NCBI GenBank assembly: GCA_013416795.1
Contig: RQSC01000006.1
Span: 131,018 to 195,017 of the forward strand
Origin: Prasinococcaceae sp. CCMP 1430
Lineage: Eukaryota; Plantae; Prasinodermophyta
Direction of reading: 5' to 3'
DNA: 64,000 bases
The notes below the pieces were generated by a model, which worked only from the letters and a program-made list of their open reading frames with translations, did no database searches and was not told where the DNA came from. The stretch's first letter is position 1; the number at the start of each line of letters is the position of its first letter. Both the position numbers and the translations under genes were made by a program. Of this stretch, positions 58,365 through 64,000 are shown in pieces.

Positions 58365-58903
58365 TGTCAAGCGGGGATGCCTATTTCATGTGCGCTCACT
58401 TCGCACAGGTGCACACACGCACGCGCGCGCACTCACACGAACGCGTACGCACGCACGCGCACATGCGCGCACGCCTGAGCGTGCACACCAGGGCACAGGC
58501 ACACACACACACACACACACAAGTCATGTGAATGTGCGTGCTGCATTTTGTTTCTTGGTCAAGACGCGTGTGGCTTGTCGAAGCTGTCGCAGCCTTTTCG
58601 CAGCGCCACGTGCTGAAAAAAAAGTTTGCACTGACAGTGCACACTGCGCCACACCGTGCGCGTGCGCCGCTGGCAAGGAAGACAGCGGGGAGGGGGCGAG
58701 AGGGCGCGCGCACGTGGTCCCATCCTTTCCCTGCCTGCGCGTGCGCCCACCGTCAGCGGCGGTCTCGTGCCGCGGAGGCGTGAGGGCGGTGGCGCTGGCT
58801 GGTGCCGCACATTATTGTTGACTTCGCTGCTGTCTATTGCGTCGTTCTCTGGCCAGCGGTCGTGGTCCAGCCGCAGCCCGCAGCCTCGCGGGCTCCGTCA
58901 TCG

Positions 58904-61900
58904 ATGGCTCCTGCACGCGCGTCCGCGGGTGCGTCAGCGGCTGGACCGAGTGGGTCTCAAGCTGCTTCCGGCGCGGTTCGCGTGGTGCGCATCGCCAATG
59001 ACGAGGACAAGTGGTGGGCGAAACTCAAGAAAACACTCGGAGATGCGGCTTTCAAGGCGTTAGACTGGGGACCGGACGTGCTCGAGGTTACTGGCATCGT
59101 GTTCGAATTCACGGGCGATCTGACCAAGCTTGCGATTGACGCCACGGACGGCACCGTGCCCTTCGTGAGCATTGCCAACGCTCTGGTCACGCGGGTGCGC
59201 GACAAAATGGACGAGCTGAAGCAGGTAGACGATCTGGCGGCCAGAAAGGCAAGCTGGCGCGTCGATGCGTGGCACTCAGTGATCGAGAGCATCCCGAAGG
59301 CGGGTTATCCGGCGGAGGACGACACATATGTCAAAGTTGTCGACGCTCTCGAAGAGCTAGCGCTGCTCGCGATCAAGTGGGACTCCAAGGCATTGCACAA
59401 AAGACTGTACTGGGGCGTGGCGTCTAGATACCGCGAAGACCTCGACAAGGCCATCGAGAAGCTGGATGTGCAGTATAGTGCACTTTTAGGTAAGGCGCTT
59501 ATCATCGTTTTCGGACGGATTGAAAACATCGGCAATTCCACAGCCGCCAGCACCTCTGAGTGCATCCACAACCTGCCCGGTGGCCTGCCGACGCTGCTGG
59601 GCCGCGAGGCCGAGCTTGAAGATCTGCTCAAAGCATTGGCGACGAAAGGGACGGTCACATCGCTCACGGGCATCGCCGGCGTTGGCAAGTCGCAGCTTGC
59701 GTATCGCTGCGCGTACAGCTTTGCCTTCGATGGGCCGCCTACGACAGGGGGGCGCTTCTCATGGATCCTGGACGCATCAAACGAGGACAACCTATCGAAG
59801 AGCTATGCCGACGCACTGGTGGAGCTCAGCGGCGAGAAAGCGGAGACTTTCGAAAAAGACGCCGCCGGGCACAAGTTGCCGCCGCGGGTTTTAGCAGATA
59901 AGCTGCTCACCGAGATCGCTCGCAGTGGGCGTAGCAGCATGCTCGTCTTCGACAACGTCAAGGACGACGAGGACGACGGCGGGGTCAAGTGGCTGCGGCA
60001 GCGCTACTTCTCTTCGCTGGCACGCGCAGCAAGCGTGCACGTACTGATCACGTCGCGCAGCGATGCTTTTCGGGACGAACAAGACGGTCTCGGCCACATC
60101 TGCCAAGTGCCGGTAAATGAGCTGAGCAAGGATGTCAGTATCGCCCTGCTGCTGGGTGAAAAGAACGCGGGCGCTGCCGATTGCAAAGCCGCTGAATCAA
60201 TCTATGAGCGGCTTGGTGGCCACGCGCTAGCGCTGAGCGTTACACGCAAATACATTTCCAGCGATGAGGCCAAAGAGATGTACGGTAATCGAGCGTTACA
60301 GGAGGAGGCTGAGCGCCTCGAACAGGGCGAGCGCCCGGCAAGCGCCGACGCAGCCGTGGCCGCGGCGGTGGCGAGGGCGCTGGAGATGGTGCGCCAGAAG
60401 CACCAACGAGCGTGGGCGATCCTCGGCGTGGCTGCCCATATACACCCTAAGGACATGCCCCAGACCTTACTGCTTCGCGCAGCAGAGGGCTGCACTGCCG
60501 CAGACCTGCGCGTGCTGCTGAGGCTCAACCTGCTGCAGTGGGGCGCGTCGGGGCAGGCGCAGATGCGTTCGATGCATCGCTTGCTCCAGGGTGCCGTGCG
60601 TGAGAAGCAGGGCGCTCACGCGGCGTTGGCTGCAGTATGGGCCGAGATCGCGTTGTTCGAGGAGTCAAATGTGTCCACCTGGGCGTATGCTCGGTCCTTG
60701 ATGCCGCACGTCGAGGCGATGCGCGAGTCTGTATTGACGGGCGGCGTATATGATTCGATTCAGCTTGGATTCGTCAATAATGCAGAGGGCTTCATATGCG
60801 AGCAATTGCTCGGTGACTACGACCGGGCGCTGCAGGCGTACGATGTGACGCTGCGAGTCGAGCGCGAGGTGCTCGGCGACGACCATCCGGAAGTCGCAAC
60901 GACGCGCAACAATATTGGGTCGGTATATCACGCCCAAGGACGCCACGCCGAGGCGCTGCAGGAGTTCGACGAGGCGCTGCGAGTCAGGCGCGAGGCGCTC
61001 GGCGACGCCCACACGGACGTTGCACAGACGCGCAACAATATTGGAATGGTATATCACGACCAAGGGCGCCACGCCGAGGCGCTGCAGGAGTACGAAAAGG
61101 CGCTGCGAGTCAGGCGCGAGGCGCTCGGCGACGACCATCCGAGCGTTGCAACGGCGCGCAACAATATTGGGATGGTATATCGGGCCCAAGGACGCCACGC
61201 CGAGGCGCTGCAGGAGTACGAGGAGGTGCTGCGAGTCAAGCGCGAGGCGCTTGGCGACGACCATCCGGACGTTGCAGAGACGCGCAACAATATCGTGTCG
61301 GTGTATTGGGCCCAAGGACGCCACGCCGAGGCGCTGCAAGAGTTCGAGGAGGCGCTGCGAGTCAAGTGCGAGGCGCTCGGCGACGACCATCCGCGCGTTG
61401 CAACGGCGCGCAACAATATTGGGATGGTATATGACGCCCAAGGACGCCACGCCGAGGCGCTGAAAGAGTACGAGGAGGTGCTGCGAGTCAAGCGCGCGGC
61501 GCTCGGCGATGACCATCCGAGCGTTGCAACGACGCGCAACAATATTGGCTCGGTATATGACGCCCAAGGACGCCACGCCGAGGCGCTGAAAGAGTACGAG
61601 GAGGCGCTGCGAGTCTGGCGCGAGGCGCTCGGCGACGACCATCCGCGCGTTGCAACGGCGCGCAACAATATCGGGTCGGTATATGACGCCCAAGGACGCC
61701 ACGCCGAGGCGCTGCACGAGTTCGAGGAGGCGCTGCGAGTCAGGCGCGAGGCGCTCGGCGACGACCACCCGGACGTTGCAGAGACGCGCAACAATATCGT
61801 GTCGGTGTATTGGGCTCAAGGACGCCACGCCGAGGCGCTGCGGGAGGTTGAGGAGGCGCTGCGAGTCTTCCGCTTTGTCTTCGGCGACGACCATCCCAGC

Positions 61901-61960
61901 GTTGCAACTGCGCGCAACAATGTTGAATATGTACGTCGTGCTCAGGGACGGCACGGTTAG
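58904..61960 (+). CDS. NLR-like STAND protein: helical (MLKL/HeLo-like) N-terminus, NB-ARC, 42-aa TPR array
   Basis: NLP...GREAEL, Walker A GIAGVGKSQLA, Walker B LVFDNV, sensor VLITSR, LGGHALAL, SMHRLLQ, then LGDDHP.VA..RNNIG.VY..QG repeats. Intronless. Confidence 0.93.
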   Translation: MAPARASAGASAAGPSGSQAASGAVRVVRIANDEDKWWAKLKKTLGDAAFKALDWGPDVLEVTGIVFEFTGDLTKLAIDATDGTVPFVSIANALVTRVRDKMDELKQVDDLAARKASWRVDAWHSVIESIPKAGYPAEDDTYVKVVDALEELALLAIKWDSKALHKRLYWGVASRYREDLDKAIEKLDVQYSALLGKALIIVFGRIENIGNSTAASTSECIHNLPGGLPTLLGREAELEDLLKALATKGTVTSLTGIAGVGKSQLAYRCAYSFAFDGPPTTGGRFSWILDASNEDNLSKSYADALVELSGEKAETFEKDAAGHKLPPRVLADKLLTEIARSGRSSMLVFDNVKDDEDDGGVKWLRQRYFSSLARAASVHVLITSRSDAFRDEQDGLGHICQVPVNELSKDVSIALLLGEKNAGAADCKAAESIYERLGGHALALSVTRKYISSDEAKEMYGNRALQEEAERLEQGERPASADAAVAAAVARALEMVRQKHQRAWAILGVAAHIHPKDMPQTLLLRAAEGCTAADLRVLLRLNLLQWGASGQAQMRSMHRLLQGAVREKQGAHAALAAVWAEIALFEESNVSTWAYARSLMPHVEAMRESVLTGGVYDSIQLGFVNNAEGFICEQLLGDYDRALQAYDVTLRVEREVLGDDHPEVATTRNNIGSVYHAQGRHAEALQEFDEALRVRREALGDAHTDVAQTRNNIGMVYHDQGRHAEALQEYEKALRVRREALGDDHPSVATARNNIGMVYRAQGRHAEALQEYEEVLRVKREALGDDHPDVAETRNNIVSVYWAQGRHAEALQEFEEALRVKCEALGDDHPRVATARNNIGMVYDAQGRHAEALKEYEEVLRVKRAALGDDHPSVATTRNNIGSVYDAQGRHAEALKEYEEALRVWREALGDDHPRVATARNNIGSVYDAQGRHAEALHEFEEALRVRREALGDDHPDVAETRNNIVSVYWAQGRHAEALREVEEALRVFRFVFGDDHPSVATARNNVEYVRRAQGRHG

Positions 61961-62040
61961 GCGCTGCGAAGCGACCACGTCGCCCATGGCGGCGACCATC
62001 CGGACGTTGCACGGACGTGCGACGTTATTGGTCTGATAGT
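60826..62040 (+). repeat. 126-bp tandem TPR array: 8 full units, partial terminal units and a decayed unit beyond the stop
   Basis: aacaat anchors at 60908, 61034, 61160, 61286, 61412, 61538, 61664, 61790 and 61916; remnant ggcgaccatccggacgttgca at about 61991. Confidence 0.97.
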
Positions 62041-62723
62041 GATCGCGCTTGTTGGCTTCGCAGCAATGACAAACATGCCATTCAACGTACACACACGTGC
62101 ACTGTACCACCGCACGTACGTACCCTGGGAGCTATGCCTGCACGTGTGTGTTGCGAAGCTCCCGCCTCCCCTGCTGCGCGGGCCGGCTTCGCACACAGGC
62201 ACGGGCGGTGCGGCTGGTGGAGCGGTGGTGCCAATGCTGTCATTGCGACGAGCGCGTGCCCGCACCGGGGTCCGGGGCACTCCTCTCGCCGCGATGCGGT
62301 CGCACGCCCAGAGTTCAACCCAGCTTTTCAGCCCGTCCACGCCGCCACGGCCACAGTCAGCGCCTCGGGCGTGCCCGTGGGGGTGAGCGCGAGCGCCGCC
62401 TTTTCGCGCAGTTGCTCCGCGCATTTGCATGTACTTACACATGTACATTATACGGTGGATGCTCTCAAAGCTTCCCCATCCGTTCTATTCTTTCGCCAGG
62501 AAAGACGCGCGACGGTGCGCGTCCACCGTCGAGTGCGCGCGGTCCGCGCGAGCCGCCGAGGGGGCGGGTGCTGCTCGCGCAAGCTCCGCGAAATTACATC
62601 ACATTTTCACACACATAATTTACGCTGTGCGAACTCAAAGAGTCCAATTCCGAACGTTTTTTTTGCCGGGAAAGCGCCGGGCGGGTGCCGGTCAGATTTT
62701 TCCGGCGCGGATCGCGATTCTCC

Positions 62724-63020
<297 letters not shown>

Positions 63021-63117
63021 CGCCGCGCGGAGAAGGACGCGGGCGAGCGCTGGCGCGGGGGGGCAGGGGGGGTAAGAGGGGGAGGGTGGCACCCTGGCAC
63101 CACCACAACCACCACCG

Positions 63118-63496
63118 ATGGCGACTGCGACTGCGATGGCGCCGCTGCGTCAGCGTACGAGCCGGCGGCATCCTCGGCGGGCGCGTGCGACGCGCTCCGA
63201 GTGGGTCACCGCCGCCGCCGCGGCGGTGGTGGCCGCGTGTGTGCTCTCCGCGGCGCCCGTCGCGCGCGCGCACTCCACGGGCATCCACGCGGGGCTCATC
63301 CACGAGCCGGGCGTCGACCCGCTCAACCCCTTCGTCGGCGAGGCGGCGCAGAACGCAGACGTGTCCATCCCGGGCGGCGCGCTCTGCCCGGACTGCACCT
63401 TCGACGTGGAGGTGCGGGAGCGCGCGTGCGGGCGAGTGCGCGGGTGTTGGCGTCGACGTGCGCTCGCCGACGGATGCTGACTATGCACGGGCGCTT

Positions 63497-63535
<39 letters not shown>

Positions 63536-64000
63536 CACACACACACACACACACGCACACACACACACACACACACACACTTACACACACACACACACAT
63601 TCACACTTGCACACACTGACACCCACACTGACACGAACGCTGACGCCCACACAGGCGGTCTGCGGCAACGACCTCGTGACGTACCTCAACATCTGCTGGG
63701 CGAACTGCGCGGGCACCACGCTTCGCTCCGAGGGCGCGTGCGTGGAGGGCCTCGAGGAGATCGCCAAGGAGGAGCTGGGACAGACGGACGACGACACGGC
63801 CTTGCTCGTGGGGGACGACGCCGACGCGCAGGAGGAAGGGGTCCCGGCCGTGCCTGCCGGTGAGGGAGGCGGCGACGACGACCTCGGGGGCGCGGCGGTC
63901 GGCGCGGCCGGGCCGCAGCCCGCCGATGCGGTCGCGGACTACGAGGGCGCGGGCGAGGGGGGTGGCGAGGACGACTCGGACGTGCCGTCGCCGCCGCCGC
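63118..64000 (+). CDS. Secreted or membrane-anchored Kazal-domain protein; intron 63412-63654, 3' partial
   Basis: Hydrophobic leader, then CPDCTFDVE|AVCGNDLVTYLNICWANCAG.....EGAC (Kazal Cys pattern) and an acidic tail. Confidence 0.85.

Noticed and set aside
60665-62110. 481-aa antisense repeat ORF and other alternative-frame ORFs over the TPR array
   Set aside because: A stop-free frame in one 126-bp unit is propagated by the tandem repetition; no independent coding evidence.

Overview
Eukaryotic nuclear DNA from a very GC-rich green alga. The prasinophyte/Prasinoderma-like assignment is inferred from gene content and GT-AG introns with GTGCG donors and GCTGAC branch points. About 30 gene models or fragments can be read. 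Plastid-targeted housekeeping genes include plastocyanin, cpSRP54, ChlM, L31, PSRP4, a BSD2-like protein and a DnaJ-ferredoxin. Others are a kinesin, cupin, two GNATs, an EF-hand mitochondrial carrier, a HAD hydrolase, an ATG14-like protein, a MEI2-like RRM protein, a K+ channel, DUF4336, RPN5, a PPR fragment and a Kazal protein. The assembly is visibly damaged: N gaps, single-N joins, duplicated blocks, displaced exons and short bacterial gene fragments inside algal genes. Apparent fusions are therefore treated as artefacts. The best novelty candidate is a compositionally distinct block at 52-62 kb. It holds a Sel1-repeat plus multi-TM protein and a methyltransferase between two 190-bp copies of the chlM 3' end, followed by an NLR-like protein (helical N-terminus, NB-ARC, near-identical 126-bp TPR repeats that vary at a few fixed codons). 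This may be an algal innate-immunity island. Also notable are introns built from complementary (GT)n/(AC)n tracts without a polypyrimidine tract, an 11x GTAC cluster upstream of plastocyanin, a 250-bp foldback and a decayed Tc1/mariner. All family assignments come from motif recognition; no database search was run.
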